This document shows, one piece after another, positions 27,873 to 37,523 of a stretch of DNA of 64,000 nucleotides. The translations under genes and the position numbers were made by a program. The DNA comes from an uncultured delta proteobacterium. Its GTDB lineage: Bacteria; Desulfobacterota; Binatia; Binatales; Binataceae. The notes beneath the pieces were generated by a model, which saw only the letters and a list, made by a program, of their open reading frames with translations, did no database searches and had not been told where the DNA came from. Within the stretch, counting starts at the first letter, position 1; every line of letters begins with the position of its first letter. Where the stretch lies: positions 4,241,937 through 4,305,936 of the forward strand of contig OY970324.1 in the NCBI GenBank assembly GCA_963717005.1, given 5' to 3'.

Positions 27873-28484
27873 TTAGTGGTGAAATCCGAACAACGGACTC
27901 GACATCACCATTGGACTGCCCGCCGGACGCGAGAAGGCTGACATCGTGGGCGGATTCATCCAGGCGCCATGATTTAGCGGCGGGAGCGCAGCCTGAGTGA
28001 TCGGACTGCTCATCGGCACATAGGCGGACGCGGGCACCTGCGACCTTGGGTTCATCGTGCGTGCAACGGTTACCGGGTAAGGATAGACCGCATACGGAAC
28101 CGCATAGACCTGCTGGTTCTGATAGTCGTCGGCGTTAGCCCAATCCGAATCGGGCGTGCCGGAGCTGGCGGTGTCGTCATCGAAGACCGTCGGCGGAGCG
28201 CCCGGCGACGGCGCGTTAATGGCCTGGGTGTCGTCGTCGCTATCCGCGGCGGCGCTGTCGCAAGGAGCTGAAGCGTCGTTGCCGGCGCACGCTGCCTGTG
28301 GAATCTCAAGAACCTCGTTCGCTGATGCCGCGTCCTCATCCAGTGCGGGGCCGGCGCTGGTCCACCTCGCATCGACGCTGGTGCCAGACACCGGATCCTC
28401 CTGTGCGAGCAGCGGGCGCGCATTCACCAGTGCGGTTATCGCGAGCGCCGCGAAAATTGCCACGATTAACCGCGCATACTTCAT
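27873..28484 (-). CDS. Secreted acidic Pro-rich hypothetical protein
   Basis: Signal peptide MKYARLIVAIFAALAITALVNA. Low-complexity D/A/P-rich. Confidence 0.5.
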   Translation of the reverse strand: MKYARLIVAIFAALAITALVNARPLLAQEDPVSGTSVDARWTSAGPALDEDAASANEVLEIPQAACAGNDASAPCDSAAADSDDDTQAINAPSPGAPPTVFDDDTASSGTPDSDWANADDYQNQQVYAVPYAVYPYPVTVARTMNPRSQVPASAYVPMSSPITQAALPPLNHGAWMNPPTMSAFSRPAGSPMVMSSPLFGFHH

Positions 28485-28576
28485 AAAACAAAGCCTACCA
28501 GCAGATCAGCGGAGCGCCAAGACAAAATCTTTGCGGAGGTTTGCACGCACCTCGCGAGCGGCTAAGATTCCGCGCT

Positions 28577-29320
28577 ATGTCGGATGCAAAAGTCGCATTG
28601 GTAACCGGCGCAGGCCGCGGCATCGGCCGCGACATCGCGCTTCGCATGGCAAAGGAAGGCTACGCGGTCGGGCTGATCGCGCGGACCAAATCGCAGCTCG
28701 ACGAGACCGCCGAGCTGATTCGCGCGCAGGGCGGCAAGGCGGTGGTGACACCGACCGACGTCGCGCGCCGCGAGCAGGTCGTCGCCGCGGTCGAGACCGT
28801 CGAGCGCGAGCTCGGACCCATTTCGGTGTTGATCAACAACGCGGGCGCTTACTTACGCAAACGCTTCACCGAGATCACCGAAGAGGATTTCGACTTTCAG
28901 CTCAAGGTGAACGCCTACGGCCCGTTCTTCTGCACCCAGGCGGTCATCGGCAAGATGGCCGAGCGCAAGGCGGGCACCGTGATCTTCGTGCTGGGATCGG
29001 AGTCGCGCAGCGGACCCGCGCAATACTCGGCGTACAACGCGTCGAAGCTGGCGCAGCGGGCGATCGCGGAGTCGGTCGCGTACGAGTTCATGCATCTCGG
29101 CGTGCATGCCGCCGCGCTCGACGTTGATGGCGCGGTGGACAGCGCGCGAGTGCGCGAGTCGATGCCTGAGGTGGATCCCTCGCACTTCGTGCCGCCGTCG
29201 GCGATTTGCGATGAGATCGTGCATCTGATCAATCAGTCGAAAAGCGCGTGGACGTTCCAGGTCGATATGCGCGCGTTCGTGCAATGGCGTCCGCGGGTCG
29301 CGCCGAAGAAGAAAGTCTGA
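28577..29320 (+). CDS. SDR family oxidoreductase
   Basis: ALVTGAGRGIGRDIA (TGxxxGxG), NNAG, and a YxxxK-type catalytic region (YNASK). Confidence 0.85.
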   Translation: MSDAKVALVTGAGRGIGRDIALRMAKEGYAVGLIARTKSQLDETAELIRAQGGKAVVTPTDVARREQVVAAVETVERELGPISVLINNAGAYLRKRFTEITEEDFDFQLKVNAYGPFFCTQAVIGKMAERKAGTVIFVLGSESRSGPAQYSAYNASKLAQRAIAESVAYEFMHLGVHAAALDVDGAVDSARVRESMPEVDPSHFVPPSAICDEIVHLINQSKSAWTFQVDMRAFVQWRPRVAPKKKV

Positions 29321-29370
29321 CCGTCGCGCGGCTGGTCTTGGCGCAAGCGAATATATAATGATCGACGCGT

Positions 29371-29447
29371 CGGGGTGTGGCGCAGACTGGTAGCGCACTC
29401 GCTTGGGGTGCGAGTGGTCGCCGGTTCAAATCCGGCCACCCCGACCA
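29371..29447 (+). tRNA. tRNA-Pro (anticodon GGG)
   Basis: 77 nt. Acceptor stem CGGGGTG/CACCCCG, anticodon loop TTGGGGT, T-loop GGTTCAAATCC, 3' CCA encoded. Confidence 0.85.
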
Positions 29448-29616
29448 ATTTTCAAAGCTTGGTCAATCAAAGGATTTTCGTTTTCTTTGTCCGTCCCCGT
29501 ATTGTGCCTCCTCTGTGGCAGTTTCGGTATGTAGGGCCGTCTCCGCCGGACTCGGTTTCGGAAAATACCGATCGCCGTTCTCCGGGTTTGGACTCGGAGA
29601 CTCCGACGAGATTCCC

Positions 29617-29690
29617 TGATCTGGACCAACGATTCTGGAGTGTGCCGAGCTCCTGGCTGGCAACGATTGGCCATTGCTCGGAGACTGCCG
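29617..29690 (+). repeat. About 70-nt repeat, copy A (..ACCAACGATTCTGGAGTGTGCCGAGCTCCTGGCTGGCAACGATTGGCCATTGCTCGGAGACTGCC)
   Basis: Direct repeat of the 31200-31272 copy, at about 70-75% identity. Confidence 0.5.
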
Positions 29691-29908
29691 CCGTAGTATC
29701 AGCCGCGTCGCGCGCGAGCCACCTAGACCAGCGCCAGATCACAACCGCGGGCCACGAGGCTGTGAGCGACAACCTGTCCGATGCGCGCCCCATCGGTGAC
29801 TAGCGCCTCTTTGCCTTTTGGATCCATCTCGCTAGAGGTAGCTGAACAGACGCAATCGACTTTCCACTGCCCCACTCATTGGCTGGACCGCCGCCGGCGC
29901 GCTCGTGT

Positions 29909-30409
29909 TCAAACTTTGACTTCCCGTAGTCTGCCCGTGGCAACGTCGAAAATGGCGCCGCGCACGGGGACGTCTTTTGAAATCCAGGGATGCGACCTGA
30001 CTTTCTTGATCTGCTCCCGGGTATTTTGCTCGGGGTCCTTATAGGAGAAGAAGCGCATTGGAGCCGGCGAAGCATCTCCGGTCGAAGCGCTCAGCTTCGC
30101 ATTCAGCTCTTCATCTGTGAACGTCGTGAACCCGCAGCCGGTGTGGTTGAGGAGCAGTATCTCTGTGGTTCCGATTATGCGGTTGGAAACAATAAGTTCA
30201 CCGAGAACATCTTCGGTTACCGCGGGTCCGCCGGTTCGGATAACATCAAGATCGGCCTGCGGCAGGCCCAGGATTCCAGGGAGGTCTGAGATCCGTGGAT
30301 CCATGCAGGTTACAACTGCAATTTTGGGGGTCGGACGCCCCGCGTGCGTTGCATCGTAAGTTTTTACATAGTTGAGGTTTGCTTCCAGCGCTTTATCGAT
30401 AATGCTCAT
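29909..30409 (-). CDS. Beta-class carbonic anhydrase
   Basis: VVTCMDPR...HTGCG zinc-ligand motifs (Cys, Asp-x-Arg, His-x-x-Cys). Confidence 0.85.
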   Translation of the reverse strand: MSIIDKALEANLNYVKTYDATHAGRPTPKIAVVTCMDPRISDLPGILGLPQADLDVIRTGGPAVTEDVLGELIVSNRIIGTTEILLLNHTGCGFTTFTDEELNAKLSASTGDASPAPMRFFSYKDPEQNTREQIKKVRSHPWISKDVPVRGAIFDVATGRLREVKV

Positions 30410-30505
30410 ACGTTTGCTCCCGACGGGCGACCGATGCGGTCAAGCCCGTCATTAATAGTGTCGCTCTTCCGAAGAATTTATGGCCACTTCGATCTTCTTT
30501 AGCTG

Positions 30506-31024
30506 CTAGGCTTCCTGCTGCTCCGACGGCTTCGGCACCGGGCTTGACCGCCTGCTCATTAGCTGCAGGCTGCCACCTACGAGCCCGATCGCGAGCGCGG
30601 CAACGCCCCAGAAAGGACCTGACCAATCGATCCCAAGCGCCGCGTCGGCGGATATACCACCCGGACCCGCGAAGGCCACCGTCAGCGCACCAGTCGCGAG
30701 AGCGAGCGTGTACTCAAAGCCGCCGTTTTGCAGGAAGAAGCCTTTTGCCAGATGAACGCTCACTGCCGCCACAAACATGACCGAAATAAACGCGGCAGCG
30801 GCCAGCGGGGTCAAGAGGCCAGCAGCCAGCCCCAGGCCAGCAGCTCCCTCTACCAGGCCCGCCACCAAAGCTTGCAGCCGCGGTGGTCGAAAACCAAGTT
30901 GTTCCATCATCTGTGCGGTGCCGGCAATGCCGGAGCCCCCAAACCATCCGAATAACTTCTGAACACTGTGCGCCGTCAGAGTTAAGCCGAAAACAAGACG
31001 AAGGATCAAAAGTCCAAGATCCAT
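30506..31024 (-). CDS. DoxX family membrane protein
   Basis: 4 TM segments. MDLGLLILRLVFGLTLTAHSVQKL is typical of DoxX. Confidence 0.75.
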   Translation of the reverse strand: MDLGLLILRLVFGLTLTAHSVQKLFGWFGGSGIAGTAQMMEQLGFRPPRLQALVAGLVEGAAGLGLAAGLLTPLAAAAFISVMFVAAVSVHLAKGFFLQNGGFEYTLALATGALTVAFAGPGGISADAALGIDWSGPFWGVAALAIGLVGGSLQLMSRRSSPVPKPSEQQEA

Positions 31025-31199
31025 GATCTACCTCGATTTCAGATCTTCGGTGTAGCGGGATGCGCCCCGGCAGGCGCGTCCTTTTTTTGTAGTGGCGCTC
31101 TTCCGAAATCGGCTGCGATGGAGCGATTGTGCTCCGGGTAGTCAATTGCGTCAAACCGATCCTCCGATGAAGAGGGGACTGAATCGTCAGGCTCCCGGC

Positions 31200-31272
31200 C
31201 TGAACCAACGATTGTGGAGCGCGCTGAACTCGTTGGCTAGAAACGATTCGCGATTCCTCGGAGAGCTTTGCT
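31200..31272 (+). repeat. About 70-nt repeat, copy B
   Basis: CTGAACCAACGATTGTGGAGCGCGCTGAACTCGTTGGCTAGAAACGATTCGCGATTCCTCGGAGAGCTTTGC aligns with copy A. Confidence 0.5.
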
Positions 31273-31312
31273 ACAATCGACTCAGAAGGCGATTTCAGGG
31301 AGGTAATGGTTT

Positions 31313-32254
31313 ATGAGTGACACCGACGGCCTTCGTCATACAAAGATACCGCTCAACAACGGCTCCGCTGAGATTCCAGCGCTCGGCTTTGGCACGCTGA
31401 TTCCAGATCCGATCGCGACAAAAGAGGCAACGAGGACCGCGCTTGAAGCGGGCTTTCGTCAATTCGATTGCGCCGAGCGTTACCGAAATGAAGAACAGGT
31501 GGGCGAAGCGATGCAGGCGGTGTTCAAGGAGGGCAAGGTCAAACGGAAGGACGTTTTTGTAGGTACGAAGCTCTGGAACAACAATCATCGTCCCGAACGC
31601 GTTAAGCCCGCCTTCGAGGCAAGTCTGAAAAGACTGCAACTGGACTATGTCGATCTATACAGCGTCCATACCCCATTCGCTTTCAAACCTGGCGACGAGC
31701 AAGACCCGAGAGACAAGAACGGTAATGTAATTTATGACGACGCGACGACGCTGACGAATACCTGGAAGGCTTTGGAGAGCCTGGTCGATGAAGGTCGGTG
31801 CAAGGCGATCGGATTATCGAACGTCAGTTTGGGGCAGCTGAAAGAGGTGTTCGATATCGCTCGCGTAAAACCATCTGCGGTTCAGGTTGAATCCCATCCG
31901 TATCTCCCTGAATGGGATCTGCTCGACTATTGCAAGAAGAATGGCATCGTGATGCAGGCCTTCGCTGCCTTGGGTCATGGTATCGAACCCAAGTTGATCG
32001 ACAATCCTGTGATCACCGTGATTGCAAAGCGCGTCAACAAAACTCCCGCTCAAGTTCTGCTAGCCTGGGCGCTGCAGCGCGGCACGGCTCCTCTCACCAC
32101 CTCTACCAGCGTCCGCTACATTAACGAAAACTTTGATGTCTCGGCTCTTCCCGATGACGCCATCGAGGAGATCACTAAAGGGATAAGTACGCGAGTCAGG
32201 CTCAATTCGGTGGTTGACACGGGCATCCCGGGGTTCATTCCCAGGGGAAGATGA
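31313..32254 (+). CDS. Aldo/keto reductase
   Basis: AKR catalytic tetrad context (D..Y..K..H; SVHTP, GLSNVS). GC is clearly lower than the window average. Confidence 0.85.
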   Translation: MSDTDGLRHTKIPLNNGSAEIPALGFGTLIPDPIATKEATRTALEAGFRQFDCAERYRNEEQVGEAMQAVFKEGKVKRKDVFVGTKLWNNNHRPERVKPAFEASLKRLQLDYVDLYSVHTPFAFKPGDEQDPRDKNGNVIYDDATTLTNTWKALESLVDEGRCKAIGLSNVSLGQLKEVFDIARVKPSAVQVESHPYLPEWDLLDYCKKNGIVMQAFAALGHGIEPKLIDNPVITVIAKRVNKTPAQVLLAWALQRGTAPLTTSTSVRYINENFDVSALPDDAIEEITKGISTRVRLNSVVDTGIPGFIPRGR

Positions 32255-32380
32255 AGGTTCAAGCCGGAATTTCCCGCGGCGGATCCCGAAAATCGAGCAA
32301 TGCGGCGGTTTCAGCCCGCTGGCGTAACCTGATGGTCGCCGGCCGCGTCCTTATAGTGTCACCGATGCGTGGCAGTCTTT

Positions 32381-32905
32381 ATGTCAAGGGAGCATCAGAA
32401 AATTCGCGAGATACCTGCCGACTACGGTCACCGGGGAATTCTGTGTGCGCTCGTGTTCGCGACGCTGATGGTAGTTTCGATCGTTGTGACGACGCAGGCT
32501 GCTCCGGCCTTCGCTGATGTTTCGCCGATAGTCGAAGACGCGGTCGCAGGCCCTCGAATTGACGACTCGCAGGTCCAGTTGGCGCAGGCAGATCTTAACT
32601 CAGGCGTCGGCAGTCTGAACGACTACATGCACCAGGGGGGCGATGGGCCATCGACCGCAGCAGTTCCGCCGCCGGCGTATTCGCCGCAAGCAGCTGCCCC
32701 GCAAAGCTTTTATCCCCAAACTGTCCCATCGCAGGAGTGGAGCAATCAGTACGTGAATCCTAAGACTGCCCGCGACGTGCTGATCGGCGCAGCGGTTGTG
32801 GGCGCGATAACAGTGGGCTTGTGGGCATACCAGCAGCATGAGATGCATCAAGCTCAACAACGTGCCCGCAAACGATTCTATTGGCCGCGACGCGCGTACC
32901 GGTAG
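32381..32905 (+). CDS. Hypothetical membrane protein (2 TM segments, Pro/Gln-rich middle)
   Basis: Long ORF with hydrophobic segments ILCALVFATLMVVSIVV and VLIGAAVVGAITVGLWAY. Start ambiguous (GTG 32369 or ATG 32381). Confidence 0.45.
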   Translation: MSREHQKIREIPADYGHRGILCALVFATLMVVSIVVTTQAAPAFADVSPIVEDAVAGPRIDDSQVQLAQADLNSGVGSLNDYMHQGGDGPSTAAVPPPAYSPQAAAPQSFYPQTVPSQEWSNQYVNPKTARDVLIGAAVVGAITVGLWAYQQHEMHQAQQRARKRFYWPRRAYR

Positions 32906-33023
32906 CTGGAACGAATCGCCGTGTCGGCCTATGCGCCGTTCCGCCGACTGGCAGTCTTACTTGCTGCAAATTTCTGGGCAGTGCTAAAGGAATAAGCGGC
33001 TCTCACTGCACGGTCCCTCATCG

Positions 33024-33785
33024 TCACTTACCGGCAACCGCGGCGCTCAGGAATTCGAGCACGATCTCCTTGAAGCGCGGATCGGTCGGCGCCGTCATGT
33101 GATCGCGGCCTTCGAGCATCGCCAATCGCGCCCCAGGGATCATTTTCGCCAGGGGTTTGGGATCTCCGATCGCGTTGTCGTTTGTTCCAACGACAATCAT
33201 CACCGGCATCTTCACAGCCGCGAGCCTGGCCGGATCGAACGGTGCTCGATCCGCGTCGATTAAGGCAGCCAGCGCCTTGAGGTCGTTGGGCATCGATTCC
33301 GCGAATCGCCGATACGCTTTCGCCACCGGGCTTTTGATCGTCGCAGGATCGTCGGCGCGATAGGCCTGCGCGATCGCGTCGCGATCGGCTTTGTCCTCGA
33401 GACCGTCGTCGTACGCGATTCCGCCCAGCACCATCGCGCGAAATCGTTCAGGATGCGACAGCATCAGCTCGATCGCGATGCTCGCGCCCATCGAGTAGCC
33501 GATCAGGATCGCGCGCTCGACTCCGAGATGGTCCATCAGCCGCGTCACGTCAGAACCCATCTTGGAGTATCCGTAAGCCTCGGGCGCGTGTGGCTTGTCG
33601 CTGAGTCCATGCCCACGGACATCGGGCGCAATCACGCGGTACGTCTTCGACAGCGCCACGATCCAACCGGTGGCGCCCCAGTTGTGCTCAACCGTCGAAG
33701 CGAAGCCGTGCACCAGCACCACGGCTTCGCCGGCGCCGGCGTCATAGTAATGAATCCTGGTTCCGGCTGAATCGAAAAACGGCAT
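33024..33785 (-). CDS. Alpha/beta hydrolase
   Basis: VLVHGF and GYSMGA (GxSxG nucleophile elbow). Confidence 0.85.
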   Translation of the reverse strand: MPFFDSAGTRIHYYDAGAGEAVVLVHGFASTVEHNWGATGWIVALSKTYRVIAPDVRGHGLSDKPHAPEAYGYSKMGSDVTRLMDHLGVERAILIGYSMGASIAIELMLSHPERFRAMVLGGIAYDDGLEDKADRDAIAQAYRADDPATIKSPVAKAYRRFAESMPNDLKALAALIDADRAPFDPARLAAVKMPVMIVVGTNDNAIGDPKPLAKMIPGARLAMLEGRDHMTAPTDPRFKEIVLEFLSAAVAGK

Positions 33786-33874
33786 TCTTCATTCTCCGCC
33801 CGTCACAAGTGACGGAATTCCGCGTCTCGGCAATCTCGCCTGATACCTTAATCGCTGGCCGGCGTATCTGTATA

Positions 33875-34534
33875 ATGATGCTTGCGATGGCGATTGACCT
33901 CGAAAACGCGCGCGCGCGGATGGTGCTCGAGCAGCTCGAACGCCGCGGTATCAAAGATCCGCGCGTGCTGGCCGCGATGCGCACGGTCGCGCGGCATCGC
34001 TTCCTTCCGGCAGAGCTTCACGAGCACGCCTACGATGACGGCCCGCTACCGATTGGCGACTCGCAGACTATTTCGCAGCCGTACATGGTCGCGCTGATGA
34101 GCGAGGTGGCGGAACTGATCGGCACCGAGAAAGTGCTCGAAGTCGGCACCGGATCGGGCTACCAGACCGCAGTGCTCGCGCGCCTGGCGCGAGAGGTCTA
34201 TTCGGTCGAGCTCAACGCGCATCTTCACGATCGTGCACGGGTGATTCTGAGCGGCATGGGCGTCAGCAACGTCCATCTTCGATGCGCCGACGGTTCGGAG
34301 GGATGGCCCGAAGAAGCTCCTTTCGACGTCGTGATGGTGACGGCCGCGATGCCCGGAATCGCGCTGCCGCTGCTGAATCAACTGACCCCGCAAGGCCGAT
34401 TGATCGCGCCGATTGGCGAAGACGAACTTCAGACCCTGGTGCGGATCAGCCGCAAGACCGGCCACTGGAACGAGGAATATTTCGGCGAGTGCCGATTCGT
34501 GAAGATGAGCGGCAAGCACGGCTTCCAGGATTAG
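33875..34534 (+). CDS. pcm: Protein-L-isoaspartate O-methyltransferase
   Basis: TISQPYMVA and VLEVGTGSGYQTAVLA SAM-binding motifs. Confidence 0.85.
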   Translation: MMLAMAIDLENARARMVLEQLERRGIKDPRVLAAMRTVARHRFLPAELHEHAYDDGPLPIGDSQTISQPYMVALMSEVAELIGTEKVLEVGTGSGYQTAVLARLAREVYSVELNAHLHDRARVILSGMGVSNVHLRCADGSEGWPEEAPFDVVMVTAAMPGIALPLLNQLTPQGRLIAPIGEDELQTLVRISRKTGHWNEEYFGECRFVKMSGKHGFQD

Positions 34535-34605
34535 CGCACGGATATTTCATATTTCACGGGAGCCGCAGGGATGTGGTGCGGGGCGGTGATTGGACGGCGG
34601 ATGCA

Positions 34606-35373
34606 GTGATCGAGTCGTGGACAACGAAGACGCGATGGATTTCGCGCGTGAGCGTGGCGGTTGCGCTCGCGATTGCGATCGCGCTGTCGGGATGCGGCGA
34701 TACCGTTGCTCCTTCGACCGGCCTTCCCTTCGGATCTCAGCGTTCAGTCACTCACGTCGTCGCGCCGGGTGAGACGGTTTACCGCATCGCGACCAAATAC
34801 GGCGTCAGCGTCGGCCGCCTAATGGCGGCGAACGGAATCAGCGATCCGCGCGAGTTGCGCGTCGGCCAGGTGCTGACGATTCCCGGGGGATATCGCGGCG
34901 CGTCGATCGGCACGGCGTCCAGCGGAGTCCATCGCTATACCGGCGAGCGGGCGTCGCGCCAATTCCAATGGCCGGTGCAGAACGGAGTCGTTTCGTCGGG
35001 ATTCGGAATCCGCAACGGCGCGATGCACGACGGCGTCGACATCGCGGCCCCGGCCGGCACGCCGGTCTATGCCGCCGACACCGGGGTCGTCATTTTTTCA
35101 GGCACGCTGCACGGCTACGGCAACACCGTGATCATTCGTCACGACGACGGTTACGCCACGGTTTACGGCCACAACGAGAAAAACCTTGTCAGCGAAGGCA
35201 CCCGCGTCGCGCGCGGACAGGAGATCAGCGAGATTGGCCGCTCCGGCCGCACCACTGGCGCCAACCTGCACTTCGAAGTGCGGCGCGACAACATCGCCGA
35301 AAACCCGCTCGCCTATCTGCCCGAGCCCGCAACCTCCGACGGAATCAGCTTTGCCGCGGCTGGCGGCAGCTAG
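34606..35373 (+). CDS. LysM domain plus M23 family metallopeptidase lipoprotein
   Basis: Lipobox LSGC, LysM (HVVAPGETVYRIATKYGVSVGRL), and M23 HxxxD/HxH motifs (HDGVDI, GHNEKN..LHFE). Start ambiguous (GTG 34606 or 34648). Confidence 0.8.
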   Translation: MIESWTTKTRWISRVSVAVALAIAIALSGCGDTVAPSTGLPFGSQRSVTHVVAPGETVYRIATKYGVSVGRLMAANGISDPRELRVGQVLTIPGGYRGASIGTASSGVHRYTGERASRQFQWPVQNGVVSSGFGIRNGAMHDGVDIAAPAGTPVYAADTGVVIFSGTLHGYGNTVIIRHDDGYATVYGHNEKNLVSEGTRVARGQEISEIGRSGRTTGANLHFEVRRDNIAENPLAYLPEPATSDGISFAAAGGS

Positions 35374-35429
35374 TATCTTTGACCATCGCACGCGCGATGG
35401 CGCGCGACCTCAATGCGATGGGATCAAGG

Positions 35430-35951
35430 ATGACTGCCGAAGAAATCAAAAGACTGATTCGCAACGTGCCCGACTTTCCGAAGCCGGGAATAATGTTCAG
35501 AGACTTCACGCCGCTTATCGCCGATCCGCGCGGTTTCGCCGCGGTAGTCGATCAGCTGGCCGAGCCTTATCTCGGTAAAGTTGACGCCGTAGTCGGAATC
35601 GAGTCGCGCGGCTTCATCGTCGGCGCTCCGGTCGCGTATCGATTGGGCGTTGGCCTCGCGATTGCGCGCAAGCCCGGCAAACTTCCGTTCCATACTTACG
35701 ATCAGTCATACGATCTCGAGTACGGCAGCGCGACGCTGGAGATGCATCGGGACGCGCTCGCCGGCAAAGGACGTGTGCTGCTGGTGGACGATCTGCTGGC
35801 GACCGGCGGCACCGCCGCGGCGGCGACTCATCTGGTGGCAAAGCTCGGCGGCAACGTGATCGGGTGCGCGTTCGTGGTCGAGCTTGACGCGCTCAAAGGA
35901 CGCGATCGACTGGCGCCGGTAACCTGCTTCTCGCTAATCCACTATGATTAA
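35430..35951 (+). CDS. apt: Adenine phosphoribosyltransferase
   Basis: PRPP-binding VLLVDDLLATGGT. The long upstream ORF-track extension is artefactual. Confidence 0.9.
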   Translation: MTAEEIKRLIRNVPDFPKPGIMFRDFTPLIADPRGFAAVVDQLAEPYLGKVDAVVGIESRGFIVGAPVAYRLGVGLAIARKPGKLPFHTYDQSYDLEYGSATLEMHRDALAGKGRVLLVDDLLATGGTAAAATHLVAKLGGNVIGCAFVVELDALKGRDRLAPVTCFSLIHYD

Positions 35952-35954
35952 GCG

Positions 35955-36878
35955 ATGCGGACCTCGATGGACAATCACGACGCAGGCGCGCATGGACCTG
36001 CGCGCTCGGATCAGCGCCGCCTGCTAGTCGTCCTCGGCGTCACCTCGCTCTATTTTCTGACCGAGCTCGCCGGCGGCTACCTGACCGGCAGCCTCGCGCT
36101 GCTGTCCGACGCGGTCCACATGCTGACCGACATCGCCGCTCTCTGCCTCGGCATGCTGACTCTCTGGATATCGACGCGGCCCGCATCGTCGGCGAAAAGC
36201 TACGGCTATCTTCGCGCGGAAATTCTCGGCGCGCTGCTCAACGGCATCTTCCTGTGGGTGCTGGTGGTTTTCATCTGGATCGAAGCGGTGAGCAGGCTCC
36301 GAAATCCGCATCCGGTTGCCGGCCTGGGCGTGATGATCGTCGCGATCGTCGGCATCGGGGTAAACACTTTCTCGGCGTGGATGACCTCGACCAACGTGCC
36401 CGGCGACCCCAAGCGCGGGATGGCGATGCGCGCGGTGTTCGTGCACGTCATTTCCGATCTGGTCGGATCGATCGGAGTGCTCGCGTCGGGCGCGCTCACT
36501 TATTTCACCGGATGGATGCAGGCCGATCCCGCCGTCAGCATCCTGATTGGATGCCTGGTGCTGTACGGCTCCTGGGGCCTGGTGCGCGAAGGCGTGGACA
36601 TCCTGATGGAGTCGGTGCCGCGGCATATCGATCTCGACGAAATGCGCACCGACCTGCTCGCCGTCAGCGGCACCGAGGAAGTTCACGACCTTCACGTCTG
36701 GTGTCTGACCACTCGCCAGATTGCGCTGTCAGCGCATGCGGTCGTCGCCGCCGACGCGGACCGCGATCGGGTGCTCGCCGACATGTGCCATCTGCTGCAG
36801 ACCAAGTTCGACATTCATCACCTGACCTTGCAGCTCGAATGCGACAATCGCCGCCAACATGAGCCGGAACATTTCTGA
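35955..36878 (+). CDS. Cation diffusion facilitator family transporter (CzcD-like)
   Basis: 6 TM segments, SDAVHMLTD and HVISD metal-site motifs, and a C-terminal cytoplasmic domain. Confidence 0.85.
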   Translation: MRTSMDNHDAGAHGPARSDQRRLLVVLGVTSLYFLTELAGGYLTGSLALLSDAVHMLTDIAALCLGMLTLWISTRPASSAKSYGYLRAEILGALLNGIFLWVLVVFIWIEAVSRLRNPHPVAGLGVMIVAIVGIGVNTFSAWMTSTNVPGDPKRGMAMRAVFVHVISDLVGSIGVLASGALTYFTGWMQADPAVSILIGCLVLYGSWGLVREGVDILMESVPRHIDLDEMRTDLLAVSGTEEVHDLHVWCLTTRQIALSAHAVVAADADRDRVLADMCHLLQTKFDIHHLTLQLECDNRRQHEPEHF

Positions 36879-36887
36879 GTCAATCGG

Positions 36888-37523
36888 ATGAAGCCTGATC
36901 AGACCATCTTTTACGACATCAACACGCAGCGCGATTTCATTCTGCACGATGGGAAATTTCACATCGAGGGCGCTGAAGATCTTGTGCCGAAGTGGAAGGC
37001 GATTACCGATCTCGCGCGCGATCAGAAAGTGCGGATCGTATGCTCGGTTGACTGCCACCTTCCCGGCGACCCGCAGCTCAAGAGTTGGGGCGGCCCGTAT
37101 CCCGATCACTGCATGGCAAACACGCCGGGCCAGCTAAAGATCGACGAAACCAGGCCGCTCAACCCACTGATGCTCGAAAACCGCGAATACACGCCCGACG
37201 AAATTCAGAAGGTGCTCGACCATGAGGGAGAAATCGTTTTTCGCCGCCAGCAATTCGAGCAGCTCGCCGACAACGCCCACCTGAGCGCGATCCTGCGGCT
37301 CGTCCTGCGCCCATACAAGGACATTGTGATGTATGGCGTGTACACCGAATCATGCGTCGCGCGCGAGATCAGCGCACTCATCGGCGTCGGCCCGAAGCTC
37401 CACATTATCTCCGACGCCGTCGCGATTGTCGGCAGCGAATCGCCGACCTTCCACCAAACATTGCAGCAAGAGGGCGTCGAGCTCATCTCCTTCGACGAGC
37501 TGAAGCTCCGAATGCTCAACTGA
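36888..37523 (+). CDS. Isochorismatase-family cysteine hydrolase
   Basis: Fold pattern with a VCSVDCH catalytic-Cys region. Confidence 0.65.
   Translation: MKPDQTIFYDINTQRDFILHDGKFHIEGAEDLVPKWKAITDLARDQKVRIVCSVDCHLPGDPQLKSWGGPYPDHCMANTPGQLKIDETRPLNPLMLENREYTPDEIQKVLDHEGEIVFRRQQFEQLADNAHLSAILRLVLRPYKDIVMYGVYTESCVAREISALIGVGPKLHIISDAVAIVGSESPTFHQTLQQEGVELISFDELKLRMLN

Noticed and set aside
34968-35430. N-terminal 150-aa extension of the apt ORF
   Set aside because: It overlaps the M23 peptidase gene in another frame. The apt homology begins at MTAEEIKRL (35430).
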